NCBI RefSeq assembly: GCF_036321535.1
Contig: NC_087449.1
Location: forward strand, 41,540,001-41,604,000
DNA from: Camelus dromedarius
Taxonomy: Eukaryota
Direction of reading: 5' to 3'
DNA length: 64,000 nt
Part shown: piece after piece, positions 49,401-62,334 of the stretch
How positions within the stretch are numbered: position 1 is the first letter of the stretch
Layout: each line of letters begins with the position of its first letter
Translations under genes and position numbers: made by a program
The notes under the pieces: generated by a model
Seen by the model: the letters and a program-made list of their open reading frames with translations, nothing else
What the model was told of the DNA's origin: nothing
Databases searched by the model: none

Positions 49401-49829
49401 GATAATGCCCCCAATGTCCCTACATGGTATAAGTGTCAGCTAAATTCTTGACCAGAGAGGTAGAAAGGAACCATGAGAACAAGGAAACATTTGCAAAAGT
49501 TTGGAAAACTGAGTAGCTGTCACTTAGAGGCCCAGAAAAATCCTATGGCCCCAAAATCCATCTACTGAGATCAGAGAATTAAAAAAAGTTTGTCCTGACA
49601 GAGTTTGTCTGTGTGTGAGAAGCCAGAGGAGCAATTTCCAGACTCTCAGAGTGGTTGGATAGGGGTCTAACTGAGCATAATTATAATATCTGGTAAAAGT
49701 TTAAGAAACCGGGCAGAGACTGGGGTTGCCAGCAAAGGGCTGGCAGATGGAAGCTGAATTGGCAAAGCTGACGAAAGTGGAAGGTAATCAGTTGCTTTCT
49801 AACGAGTTGGAGGTTCTCGAACTGTTCCC

Positions 49830-50070
49830 TAGCTATGCATCCTTGGGTAAATTAGATTTCACATCTCTGAACCTCCATTTGCTCTGATTTAAAATGGTGC
49901 ATGTGCAAAAAATAAAAATAAGTAAGTAAAATGTTGAATGTGTAAAATGAAATCATGTATAAACAAGAGTGCCTCTCCCAGAAGGTCAAGTGAAGATTGG
50001 ATAAGGTAATGCACATAAAACGCCTGCTATGGAGCCTGACATATAGTTCGTGCTCAGTAATGTTATCTAA
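49830..50070 (+). mobile_element. MIR SINE with AT-rich insertion
   Basis: CCTTGGGTAAATTAGATTTCACATCTCTGAACCTCCATTTGCTC..GCCTGACATATAGTTCGTGCTCAGTAATG. Confidence 0.7.
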
Positions 50071-50309
50071 TACTTTTATTACTGCTCCAGAGGAGGTGTG
50101 TGGAGGAGGCAGGTCAGAGAGCATTCCCTTGACTTCTGAGTGCCTCTTAGAGGACAGTTTCAAATACAGGAGGCTTTAATTTGTGGTCATGACTCCACTC
50201 TGGGCAACAGTAACAGAAACTCTCTGATCACCTGCTATGTGCCAGGCACTCTAAGTACTTTACTTCCATTATCTCATTTCTGGGTATTATCAGCAATGAT
50301 TTGAGACAG

Positions 50310-50799
50310 TGTATCAGCTAGCTTTTGCTGCATAATAAATCACCCCAATATTGATGGCTGAAAACAACCACCATTTATGAAGCTCATGATTCTGTGGTTG
50401 GGAAATTCAGCTGGGCTGTTCTTCTGGTCTTGGCTGGGCTCACTCATGCATCTGCATTCAGCTGCTAGTCAGTTAAGTGGCTCCACTTCTGGGAGTTGCC
50501 TGGCTGTCATCTGGGTGATGGGGGTGACTGAGCCATGTGTCTCTCTTCATCCAGCAGGATAGCCCAAGCTTTTTCACACAGCAGCTGGGCAGAGTTCCAA
50601 GAGAACATATGAATGTGTGCAAGACCTCTTGAGGCTTAGGCTCAGAACTGTCACCAGCACTTCTACCTTGTTCTGTTGGCCAAAGCAAGTCACAAGGCCA
50701 TCTCGGATCCAAGGGGCAGGGGAGAAGCTTCAGGTTATATTGCATGGGGCATGCTCAGGGAGGGCTGGAGAACTGTGGCCAATCTTTCAGTCTACCACA
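50310..50799 (-). mobile_element. Solo MLT1 (ERVL-MaLR) LTR, full length
   Basis: TG..CA termini (TGTATCAGCTAG..CTACCACA), 5-bp TSD GACAG/GATAG (4/5), MLT1-type internal motifs. Confidence 0.85.
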
Positions 50800-53149
50800 G
50801 ATAGGTACTGGTATCACTGCCATTATACAGAGGGGAAGATTGAGACTCAAAGAGGTAAAAAAGTCTCGCCCAAACTATGCAGCTAGTAAGTGGGGGGGGG
50901 GGGCAGGATTTGAACTCAGGGTTCTCCATGCTCGACTACATTGTGACATTCAAACTCCAGTCTCTTCAGGGGGAAATGGCAGGGCCCTTGTCTAGCACAC
51001 TCCAAAACAACCCAAGCTAGCAGGCACCAGACAGCTTGGCTGAGATGAAGGCTGGGCAGGAGCAAATAAAAAGTTGAGCTTGAGGCAGGACAGGACCAGA
51101 GGATTCAGATAGAGCCTGTGGCCATGACAAGGATGCCAGTTTTGTGACATGGACCTCAGTCTGCCTCACGAAGCTGCAGAACTCACGTGTACAGGCCAGA
51201 GCTGACCTCCTTCTTCCAGGCAGTAAATTTGCCTGGGCCTCTTGCTGGCAGGGGCCCACCGTGAGCCCGAGATGAGGGAGCCGCCTCCAGTGTCTGCTAC
51301 CGAGTTTCCAGACCATGGGCGGCAACAGTGCCACCCAGAAAATCAAAGAAGTGTCACAGGTGAAAGAAAAGATCTGTCCTCCCAAGAGCATTCTGAGCTG
51401 GTCTCTGCCTGTGCCGAGAGCATGAGCAGAGGGGCCCGGCCCCGGTGATGAGGCTGCCCCACCTCCTCACCTCCACTGTGGCCGGCCCCTCCCCCACAGA
51501 GATGCCAGCGCCAGGAGCACAGCTGTGCCCAGCCAAGCTGCCGGGTGCCAAGCCAGGCCTGGCGGGCTCCCTCTCATCTGTCTCTCTTTAGCAGGAACAA
51601 ATGGGAATGAGGGAATCAATTAACAAGGCTCCTTAGCCAAATGACTGCTGCTCCCTCCTTCCCCAGCCTGTTAACCCTTTGCTTCCAGGACCGGGAAGGG
51701 CTGCCCTGGATTGTCGACCACGCTCCTCCCTGGAGCCCCCAGCTGGATGCTGTGCTCCCGCTTTGTGTGTGCCAAGGGCCAGTGGCAGCTGCAAGCTGAG
51801 GAACCAGAGCCAGAAACTCAGACACCTCTATTCAACCTCGGTGGAATTTGGGGTCAGTCTCAAAGGATACTCAGAGGTTCTGGCCCACAGGGCAGGCCTG
51901 GCCCTTTTTTCTCTCTCCAGAGACCTGAGGCCCTCCCTTGGATCAAAAACCCCTGAGCAGAAGGTTCAGGCCTAACAGTGGCCTTCAAACTGGGAGGGTG
52001 GGTCATGGCCAAGCCCTACCTGGGGCTCATACTGGGTGTGGGAAAGGTAAGGGCCCAGGGGACAGAGCAGGATGCATCAGGCCACATTCAGTAAGCCTTG
52101 AAAATTCTAACTTCACTCCAAGAATTCTCTCTGAGGAATTCAGACAGGCAACCATGTGGGCCTGGTTATCAGGAGTCCCGGGTTCGAGTTCTGGGTCAAC
52201 AGCTGACGTGGTTCCTGATGACATTTTGGGTGATTGAATCAATAGGCCACTCTTTCTCCCACCTACTCTCACCAAATGTCTATACTTGTTCTCCAAGGGT
52301 CTTCCACCCCCACCCCAACTCCCTCCAGCCCTGCCTCAGCAGTCAGACTTTGGTTTGAGCCACTGTAGTACACAACTTGGGGACTGCCACACATAACCTG
52401 ACCTGCCATATGCCATGATACTGGGGTCACAGAGAAACAAAGGCCTGTGCTCCTGGCTTTTACACTCAAAAGACACAGAATCTTCTAAGTTCAGACCAAA
52501 AAAACCTGGATGCAGCTTACATGGAGAGAGCCACCCATACCCTCCCACTAGACTGGATAAAAGACTCCAAAGGCTGGGGAGGAGGTGGTGAAAGGGACCA
52601 GAGAGGCCAGGTCAGCAGGGAGGACCACCGCCGAGCTCCTGCACTGGTGAGTGAGCTCTGGGCCCAGCGAGGGCCTGAGACACATGTCAGTTCATCCACC
52701 CATGCATTCACTTCACAATGAGTGCCTTCTGTATGCTAGACACTGTTCTGGGCATAGTGAACAAGTGACAAAGGCCTTGGCCTTGGGCAGAGTGAGGGTG
52801 CGGATGTGAGGGTCACTCCATGATGGCACTCAGCCATTTACTCACTGATTACCCAGCAGGAGTGAGGCTATCTGTGCCCTGAGTCTTGCCTCCACACTCC
52901 CTAGGTCATCCAATGGACACAGCCCCCTCCTACCTGCCTTCTATCCCCCAGGACACTTGTGAGCCTCCTAGGTGAAGGTGGGCCTAGACAAGCAGGGGGT
53001 TTTGCAAGAATGGAGGAGAGGCCTGATACGGAGATTGCCCAGTAAGCCGAGGGCACGCTGAAGCACCCCCCCCCAGCTGCCCCTCCCTTCCTCTCAGCCT
53101 GCTGTCAGTTTCCCTTCTTCCTGCGGAAGGGGATCTGGGCTGCTGAAAA

Positions 53150-53280
53150 CTCCAGAAACTCACCGTGGGCCCAAGTGCTAAAACTCTCAAGCTAGGGCTC
53201 TGATTGGCTCAGTGTGAATCATGTGTCCATCACTGAGCCAATCAGCACTGCCCAGGAGGGTGGGATCTGTAAAGGGTGGC
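53150..53280 (-). mobile_element. MLT1 LTR fragment
   Basis: CTGATTGGCTCAGTGTGAATCATGTGTCCATCACTGAGCCAATCAGCACTGCCCAGG, homologous to 49250-49310. Confidence 0.6.
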
Positions 53281-54419
53281 AGCTCCTTTTCCAAAAGCAT
53301 AGTTAACATGGGGGCGAATGGTTCCATGAAGACAAAACCACAGATGTCCACCACACTGACCTTGGGTATATGGAGATACATTGAGCCTCACTTTTCTGAC
53401 CTGTAAAATGGAGCTAATAAGAGTGCCAACTTCACTGGGCTGTCTCGAGGATTAAAGGAGATCATTGAGATGAGAGTGCTGCACACTCAGCAGGTAATGG
53501 AGAAATGGGAGTCATTCCTCTGGCCCTAGTCATACCCTCTCTAAAATGGGGGATGTCCTGGTTCATCTCCCCAGCCCTGACACCCCACAACCCCACAACT
53601 CTGAGCCTGCAAGACAGGTGTGAGTGAGCAAAGACCCTCCTCCCAGAGGTCAAGAGCCTCCTTCTTTTCCTCAGGACTGGTCTACCCCTCCCCCATTTCA
53701 GTCTCTCCACCCCCTGGGATGGTCCCCCAACCCTCTGAGTCTCTGCCTGACATCCTGGGGAGGAACACATGCAAGGCTGTCCAGCACTGGACAACCAGAG
53801 TTCAGATCCCACTTCTGTCTGTCACTTTAAGGTTAGGTGATCTTGGTCAGGCTCCTTAAGCCCTTTGTGCCTCAGTTTCCTCATCGGTAACAATAGGCTT
53901 GATAACAATAGGCACGCCCTCCTGGGGTCATTGTGTGTGTGGCCCGGCCATGTAAGTATGAGCTCTTCATGTTATCCTGGCTGCTGGCTCCTGCTCTACG
54001 CTGCTGCGGAAATAGCTTGGATGGTAAGAGTGACTGAGCACTGGGGACAGAGTGGTGCCCTAGACTGACTGCCGCCACCCTGGTCTCCTCAAGCTCCCTG
54101 CCTGGTGGAGGCAGACACATCAACAGGCAATTTCTGTGCAGCGTGACCAGGGCCACCCTCTAGGGAAGCCTGGAAGGTGGGGCGGGGCGCACAGGAGGGG
54201 CCCAATCCTGAGGAGGGAGGCTGGGGCCTGCAGCTAGGGCAGGTGATGACTGGAAAACAGTACACATGGGCTGGGTGAAGGGGATTCAGGGTGGGGCTCC
54301 AAGCAGAGGGACCAACACTACAAGGAGCTCAACCACAAAGGCTGGTGGGGAGGGTCCAGGGGTGGAGGCTGCACTCCAAGGCAGACTGTGGAGCCTCAGG
54401 GCCTGCCTCCCCCGGACTG

Positions 54420-54805
54420 TGTGATTGGGTGCAACTTTGTGTGATTGACTGAGGTTGTGTGTGCATGTATGTGGCCATATGATGGATGGTGTGTTTGTGG
54501 GTTTGTTTCTGTGAGGGACTGTGTGTGAGGCTGGGAAATAGTGTGTTTCAAAGCAGGGCGGAACTTGGTATGCCAGTTTGAGACAGTTTAGGGTGTGACT
54601 ACTGTGGGTGAAGTTGTAAGTGTGTGATTGTGTGTCTGTGGGTGTCCCTAAGCTGTAGACAGGTCGCTGGCTGGCTGTGACCAGGAGTGTCTGTACGTTT
54701 GGTGTGCATATGCATATACAGATATGTTGTATATGTGTGTCTGTGTGTATGTGTAGTATGTGTGTGTGTGTCTTTGTGTAGGTATGTGTGTGTCTGTGTG
54801 TCTGA
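54420..54805. repeat. Degenerate (TG)n-rich block
   Basis: Interrupted TG/TA repeats. Confidence 0.85.
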
Positions 54806-54880
54806 GACATATGTATACTGCTGTCTGTGGAGTCCAGGGCAATGAGAGCTGCTCCTCCCTCTCCCAGCCCTGCCTCAGAA

Positions 54881-54881
<1 letters not shown>

Positions 54882-54929
<48 letters not shown>
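54882..54929. repeat. (AC)24 microsatellite
   Basis: Perfect 48-bp AC run. Confidence 0.98.
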
Positions 54930-54932
<3 letters not shown>

Positions 54933-56331
54933 CAGGGGGCTGGGAGGGGTGGCTGCCCGTGGCTGCCACAGCCAGTCAGAACTTGCTAATTTGCATGTTA
55001 ATGAAGCTTGGGGAGCTCTCCAGCTCCAGACTGACAGGAGCCCCCGCACCCCCCCATATCCTTCCCTGACGTGCCTGGGAGGGGGGAGTGGGGAGGGCTG
55101 AGAAGCGGCAAAGGGAAGAAGAGGCAGAGGAGGCTCTGGGAAGCTTCCCTTTTTCTCTTTCCTGCTCTCCTCTCCCACCCCTATGCAGGCCCCAAGCCCA
55201 CCACGTGGCTGCCTGCCCCTCAGCCCCTACACTCTCCTTCCTGGCCCAGCTTGGGGAGAGGGGGCTTGGGCAGAGCCCTGGGGTGATGGCAGAGGAAGCT
55301 GCTCAGGACTCCCCGTGAGGTGAGGCTGGGCTGCCCACCCCTGTCCCTCCCCGGAGCACCCAGCAAGCCACCCACAGCACCCACCGAGGGGCAGACATCC
55401 TGGGATGGGCATCGGAGAGCAGGTTGGTGTCAACACAGCCAACTGGCCCTCCCTCCTACCCTCTGCTCCCTGCACCCCTCACCCCATCAGGCAAAGGGAC
55501 TCTCATGAGCTCTTCAGCCTGCACCCCAGAGAAAGGGCCAATCCATGTGGGATCAGGGCTCTTGCCCAGAAAGGGAGAGAGAAATATAGGGTCCGGGGTA
55601 GGGACAGGGGTGAGGACTCTGGAGATAAGATATGTGGGGAGACTGGGGTAGAAGTGGAGGGTGCCTCCCCACTCCCCACTGGGGCTCTGCTCCCAGGGAG
55701 GGAAGGCTGGGTGGTGGGAGCCCTCGAAGCTTTGATCAACAGGTCAGTCCCAGTTGTGTCACTGTCTCCTACTCTGTCAGTCCCTTCTGCATTCTTGTCT
55801 GGTCCCTGGGTCCTTCACCTCTCCCACTCTCATACCCCATCCCCTCCTTCCTCTCCTTCCTTTCTTAATCAGCCACATCCCACAGGAGGCTGGGTTGTCT
55901 GGGGAGCCCTCAGCAGCAGGCTCCTAAAAACACTGTCTGGTTTTGTCTCAGAGGTGTGGCCCCTGCCTTGGCAGAGAGGGGGTCTGGGCTGGGGGTCCTG
56001 GCCCCTACTTCCTCAGCCTGACTCCCGGTGGGCATTTTCTTCCCTCCTTTGCTTCCCTTCCTCCCCCATCGCTCTCTATCCGGGGTCTGGCCGGCTGCCC
56101 CCTGTCCCTCCCTGAGCCTAGGTCTGCATCTCTCCCTCCTTCTTTTCTCCAAATGCTCATATATATTCTCTCCCTGCCTTGCCCTGTAGGCCCCTGGGCA
56201 CCCACCCCTGCCCCTGCTCCACCCACCGTGGATGCACCTGGCCCCTAGATGTGCCATCGCTGGAGCTGGGAGGCAGAGAGGTGGGGGCACCTCAGGCCCT
56301 GGGTCTCTGCAGGTGAGAGGGGAGCCGGGCA

Positions 56332-56536
56332 NNNNNNNNNNNNNNNNNNNNNNNNNNNNNNNNNNNNNNNNNNNNNNNNNNNNNNNNNNNNNNNNNNNNN
56401 NNNNNNNNNNNNNNNNNNNNNNNNNNNNNNNNNNNNNNNNNNNNNNNNNNNNNNNNNNNNNNNNNNNNNNNNNNNNNNNNNNNNNNNNNNNNNNNNNNNN
56501 NNNNNNNNNNNNNNNNNNNNNNNNNNNNNNNNNNNC
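56332..56536. other. Assembly gap (205 N)
   Basis: Run of n. Confidence 1.
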
Positions 56537-59089
56537 TTTTGTGGGCCTCACTCCCCTGCGCAAAGGAAGCCTCAAGTAGGAGATCCCAGGGCAGGAAGGA
56601 AGGGGCAAACCTTGCCCAGCTGGGTGCTGGAAAGGATAGGGAATCCAAACACTTGGGCTCAGAACCAGCCTCATGGAACTGCTATCTCTTCCCATTTTTG
56701 AGCCTCAGTTTGCTCATTCCAAAATGGGAAATACTCATTCGCAGGTAGCAGAGGTGGAGGGAGGAGTCAGCTCCTGGCGGACCCCCGCGCAGCCCCAGGC
56801 TCACACACGCCTGCGTGCACAGGCAAGCTCACGCACACGCTCACACACAGGAAGCTTCTCCTTCCACCTCTTCCTCCTCCCTGGACGTCTAGGTCTGTGT
56901 CCGTGACATAGGGAGGGGGCTCTTAGGGAAAGGGGGACTGAACCCAAGCAGAACCTCACTCAAAATGCCTCTCCCTGATCGGTGTGAGCCTCAGTCTCCG
57001 CATGTCTCAAATGAGACAACTGACGCTGCCTCCTGCCTCCTTGCTGTGAAGCGAGGGTTCAGTGACACCATGTAGGGGGCGTGCCTTATGCCTGGCCCAT
57101 GGCATATGCCGCATTGATGGTGAAAGTACTATGCAAGGTGGCCAGCCCAGGCCTGTGAGGCTGAAGACATGGGGCTCTGTGTGGAGTGTTCTGGGCCCAC
57201 CAGATCTAGCCTTCCTCCGAGGCCCTGACAGATAGCCAGACACAAGACCAAGCAGAGAAGGACCTACCGGACACATGGGACAGCCCCGGGTTCATGTCTG
57301 GGCTGTGTTCTTTCTAGCTAGGCAGGCAGCATCTACTTCCCCTCTCTGAACCTCAGTTTTCTTCTCTGTAAAGTGGGGAAGAGCTGCGGCTTCTTCAGGG
57401 AGCTGTTTCGAGGCTGTGACAATGCCCTGCTCCTGGAACATGCTCAGGGAGGCACTGTTGGCACAATTGCCCTGACTTGAACACCATTGCCCCTCATGTC
57501 CTGCACACAGACTTGGGGTCCAAGGCTGGGAGCCTCTGGGCCACCCCCCGGGCCTTCGGGCCCTACCCCACTTTGAGTGGAGGGACGACCTAGCTCACTC
57601 ATGTCCTCAGGGCCCAGGGCTAGTGACAGCCAGCACACCTGCACACAAAAGGGCTCATCCAGGTGCTGCACACGATCACACTCTCACTGTCACATTGGTA
57701 CCCACAAGCTCACACACACACACTCACACACACCCTTCCAGGAGCGGCCAGAATGTCCCCGAGTGAACTGAAGAGAAGCTCATGGCCGCGCCCACCAGGG
57801 CTGTGCTGAGGGAGGCAGCTGCAGCCCAGCTGTGGGGTCTGGAGTGGGGTGAGGGGAGCTGCTTGGCGACCCAGCTGGGACTCAGGCAGGTGGGGTTCTC
57901 AGCTGCATCCTGGGCTCCAGGCCACCTTCCTGCCTCTGGGGCCAGCTGGCTGGGCATGCAGGGTGGAGGTCACAGGCCTGGAGGTGGCAAGAGCCTCTAC
58001 CTGTATTGCTCACCCCCTCCCCACTGCCCTTCATTCAGAAACAGTGATAGGGACCCTGTCCACCTTCCCCCACTTCCTGTGCCATCTGTCTCCCCCGACC
58101 CTACTCCCATCTCTCTGTCTCTGTCTCTCTGACTCCCTCTGTCTCTCTCTGGGTCCCTGGATCTTGGTTTCCCTGGGCCTGGGTCTCCCCACCCCAGTGC
58201 TGGGCTATGTAAATGTGGTATTTCCCATCTCATCAGCAGGGCTGCTTGCTCGGCTCACATTTAATTTGATCCGTGGCAGCGCCTCTGCGGAGCCACTCAT
58301 CAAAGCAGGAAGACAATTAGGTGAATGTCAGGGTGGCCTAGGCCCCACGGGGCGACCAGGGCCTGGGGCTAGGGCCCGGTGGCAATCTTCCTCTCCCTCG
58401 GGGCCTGGCCATATTTGGCCCCCTGTCGGTGGGGTGGCCAGCGGCCTGGACTGCCCCAGAGAAGACCAGGCTCCCCTCTGCCCAGGGCTTATGGCTCCTG
58501 GGCTTGGTAGATCTCCCTCCTCCCCATCAGGCCACTCAAAGCAAGGGGCCTTGGGCATCTATGGGGGCTACAGTCAGGTGGACTCCTGGGGTGGGCCCTA
58601 GTTGGGTTTGGGAGAGGGTCCGAGCTCTGAGCTAGTTCAGGATCCCCAGAGAAAATCATACATTCCTTCCACAGGCCCTGCCCAGCCCTGCCCATGCTGG
58701 CTCCTAGCCAGCGGTCCTCTCCTGAGCCTCAGCCTGGCCCTTTATCCTCCCCTCTCTGCCTCTCTCCCTCTCCTTCTGTCTTTATTTCTCTGGTTGTATT
58801 TGTGTGTGTGTGTCTTACTTCTCTCTGCCTCTTTTCTCAATCTCATCCCTTTCCTCCCAACCTCTCCCTTTTGCTGTGTCTTACACACACCCCACCCCCA
58901 CCCCCACTGCATCCTCCATCTCTCTGGGGCCTTCTAGCCTCAGCTACTCATCTATAATTCCCCATCTCCGTCTCCATGGCTTTCCTAACGGGCCACCTAA
59001 GACTGACCTTCTAGGTAAATCCCGACCCCCTCCACCCCAGCCTTGGATTCCTCCCCATTGCCCCCAACCCCCTCCCAGGTATCCCTGAA

Positions 59090-60190
59090 TCTCTGGCATC
59101 TCCCTCCCTACTGGCTTCTTTCTGCTAGCTGTCAACATTTAAGTCTCTTCCTTCTTAAAAACAATACTAGTAATGAAACATATTTTGAAGAAATACTCTC
59201 CCTTGACAGCCTGACCTCTCCCACCATCTCTCTCCTTGTCCTCTAGGGAAGCTTCTGGGACAGTTGTCTACACTTGCTCCTTGCTGGTGTCGGGATCCCT
59301 CGTGCCCTAGAAACAGTCCTCACCAAGGTCATCAGCAACCTTCTTGTCACTCAGTCCCATGGTCACACCTCATCTGGGTACCGGGATGGCATCGCAACCT
59401 TGCCCATCTTCTTGACTCTCCCTTACTCCCAAGATGCCTCCACTCCTGTGGCTCGTACCTTCTTGGACTCCACCTCTGCCCTCGCCTCCCATGGATGCTC
59501 TCCAGAGCTGTCCCAGTTTCTCTCCTCCGTTCACCCATCACATGACCCTCTAAGGATGCCATGCCCAAGGCTTCAGTCACCACCTGTGTGCCTATACCCG
59601 TGACCTTCTGCTCTAGCTCAGCTCTTTCTCTTGAGCTTGGGGCCCAACTATCCACTGCCTCTTGGTCCCTCCCTACACATTCCGTGTCTATCTCAAACCC
59701 AGCATGGCCCAAACCAAGCTTTTCCTCTGACCCTACACACTTCTCTTCCTCTTGGGTTCCCCAACTTTATCTCCCTGTTTCATCTCCCAGTTTCCCAAGC
59801 CAGAAACCTAGAAGGCAAACCACAGCCCCTCTTCCCCCACCACATCCATACAGGGGCTGGTGATGGACTGCAGAGTCATCAAGTCTGCCTGAAAAACATT
59901 TCTCTTTCTCTAAGGCCCTGACAGTCTGCCCTCCCCTTCCCTGACCTCCCTAGGTGGGTCTGCTCAGGCCAGGATGTTCTCATTGTTCCTTTGGAGGCAT
60001 CTTATGCTTTTCTACTTCCAGGAGTTTTCTCCTCTTTATCCCCACATGGAATGTCCTCTTTCTCGTTGCCTAATCCATGGCAAATTCATCTTGCTCCACT
60101 TCTTCAAAGCCTAGCTTCAACCACCTGCAAGGAAGCCTTTCCTCTTTGCCCTGGCTGGCAGGACCTGCTCTCACCCTAAGCTCCTGGGCC
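59090..60190 (+). mobile_element. L2 fragment including an ORF2 (RT) remnant
   Basis: ALETVLTKVISNLLVTQSHGH (59300-59365) resembles L2 RT STETALLKVTNDLLVAKSNGH, followed by typical L2 3' body. Confidence 0.8.
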
Positions 60191-60590
60191 TTTCTTGTCT
60201 GGTCCATGCCTGGACACACAGCATCATCTCCTGCATACACAGACTCTTACATTTCCCAGGCTCCTTATTGGTCAGTGGGTCATGTGACTGATCCTGGTCA
60301 GTGAGCTGTGGACAAAGATAAAGCGGTCACTTCCTGGTCAAAGCATACAAGACCTAGTGTGTGACCTTCTAGCTGCTACAGCAACCAAGACAGCCTCTTT
60401 TGAGATGGTGGATCCTCCAGATCAAAGCAGCATGGAAAGCTGAGTCACCCCATGAAGGACAAGAGCCCTCAGATGCCTGGACCTGCAGCAGACTTGGCCA
60501 AGCAACAAATAAACTTTTATTGTGTTCATCCACTGAGATTGAGGGGTTATTGGTTACCACAGCATAGCCTCTCCTATCCTGACTAATATA
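60190..60590 (+). mobile_element. MLT1 LTR
   Basis: AAATAAACTTTTATTGTGTT..CCACTGAGATTGAGGGG..GTTACCACAGCATAGCCT..CCTGACTAATA end. Confidence 0.8.
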
Positions 60591-60760
60591 ACCCTTTCCG
60601 AGTGTTATTTCCCCATCTCTAGTTGGAGGATAATCTTCTGCTCCTCAGAGGGTGCTTATGAGGATTAAAGTATTAAAAGGTCCACACTCAGTTCCTGAGT
60701 GCTGACTGCACGCTAGACTCAGTGTAAATGCCTAACTGTGAGACATCCTAGCTGAGGAGG

Positions 60761-61077
60761 TGTTGTGAACTGAGTGTTTGTGTCCCTCTAAAACCCGTAT
60801 GTTGAAGCCCTACTCCTCAGTGTGATGGTGTTTGGAGGTGGGGGGACCTTTGGAAAGTAATTTGGTTCAGATGAGATCATAAGGATGGAGCCCTCATGAT
60901 GGGATTAGTGCCCTCATGAGAAGAGGAAACATCAGGAAGGGGGCCATCTGCAAGCCAGGAAGTGTTCTCACCAGGAACCAAATCTGCAAGCTCCTGGATC
61001 TTGGACTTCTATATATGGGTTGTTTAAGCCACCCAGTCTATGGTATTTTGTGATAGCAGCCCAAGTGGACTAAGACA
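60761..61077 (+). mobile_element. Solo MLT1A-like LTR
   Basis: TGTTGTGAACTGAGTGTTTGTGTCCC..TTTAAGCCACCCAGTCTATGGTATTTTGTGATAGCAGCCC..ACTAAGACA. TSD GGAGG/GCAGG (4/5). Confidence 0.88.
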
Positions 61078-61379
61078 GCAGGGCTCCGTTTATCAGAGAG
61101 AAAAGATCTCTACATTCAGCTGCTCAGGTTGGATACTGAACAATTTCAGGGGAGGGGCGCTGGCAAAGATTATAATCATGCCCCGAAGTTGTGAACTACA
61201 GTAACCCTGCCGTACTCCTAGTCCCAGTTCTGTTTTGAACCCATTGATAAACAATGGAGACTAATTTTGTTGCTGTTAAGAGGAAGAATTTTGGGGGTGG
61301 GGAGGAAGGCGTCAAAAGTTCACAAGAGAAACAGGAACAATGGTTATAATATCATAATATTAATATAATAATAATATCA

Positions 61380-61600
61380 GGTGTGAGCCAGGTGCTGCTC
61401 CAAGTACTTTCCTTACATTTGTTCATTTATTTTTCACAAGAGCTCTATTAGGTAAATATCATCATCCCCATCTTACAGATGAGGAAATTGAGGCAGAGCT
61501 AAGATAGGTAAGTTACCCAACCTCAAATGCTTATAAATAGCAAAGCCAGGATTTGTATCTAGGCAATTTGATCTCAGAATTGCTCCTAACCTTTTTATTG
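61380..61600 (-). mobile_element. MIR SINE, near full length
   Basis: CATTTATTTTTCACAAG..CCCCATCTTACAGATGAGGAAATTGAGGCAGAG..GTTACCCAA..GGATTTGTATCTAGGC. Confidence 0.85.
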
Positions 61601-62334
61601 TATGGGTTCCTGGGATGAGAGCAATGTGGGGTCCCCCACCCTGCACCTGGCCTGGATTTGAGTTTCCAGGGTTAGGGTGCGGGCAAAAGCTAAAGAAGCT
61701 GATTTTATGGGAGTGTTTGAGATGCAGTATGCACAAGCACAGCTCTCTGGGGCCCAGAGGACAAGGCGCGGAGCGGTGCAGGAATTCAGCCCCTGCGTCT
61801 TTATTTCTTCCATCCCCGCAACCCCCACCCCCTCCCACCTTGGCCTTGATACAGAGCCCAGAACTGCTTTGACATCCAAAGGGCAGGGGATCCAAAGGGG
61901 TGGCCTGGCATTGATATTTCATGATGGGAGTGATGGTGGGGAGGATTCTTCAGACATGTTCAATGGTAGCAGATATGCAGACACATGAGCTTGGGCAACT
62001 CCGAGCCTGAATCATTTGGGCATAACAAATGGTTAAACCAAATGTGACCTCACTTGTGCTTGTGGGTTCTTCAGCTCTGTGACACATCATGCCACAGTCA
62101 GGAACTCATTTAATTCTTATATCAACCCATTTCACAGATAAAGACACCAAGGGTCAGAGAACCTGATTGCCCAAAGTCATTCAACCGTTAGGTAGCAGCA
62201 GAGTCTGGCAGACCCCAGCTGTCCACATCTCTAGTGCCCCTAGAAGTGCCAACCCTCCTGAGGGAATTCCCTATGTCCCCAAGGATACTTCCTACTGGGG
62301 ACCAGGGTATCCAGGTCTCCTGCAGCCTGGCAGA

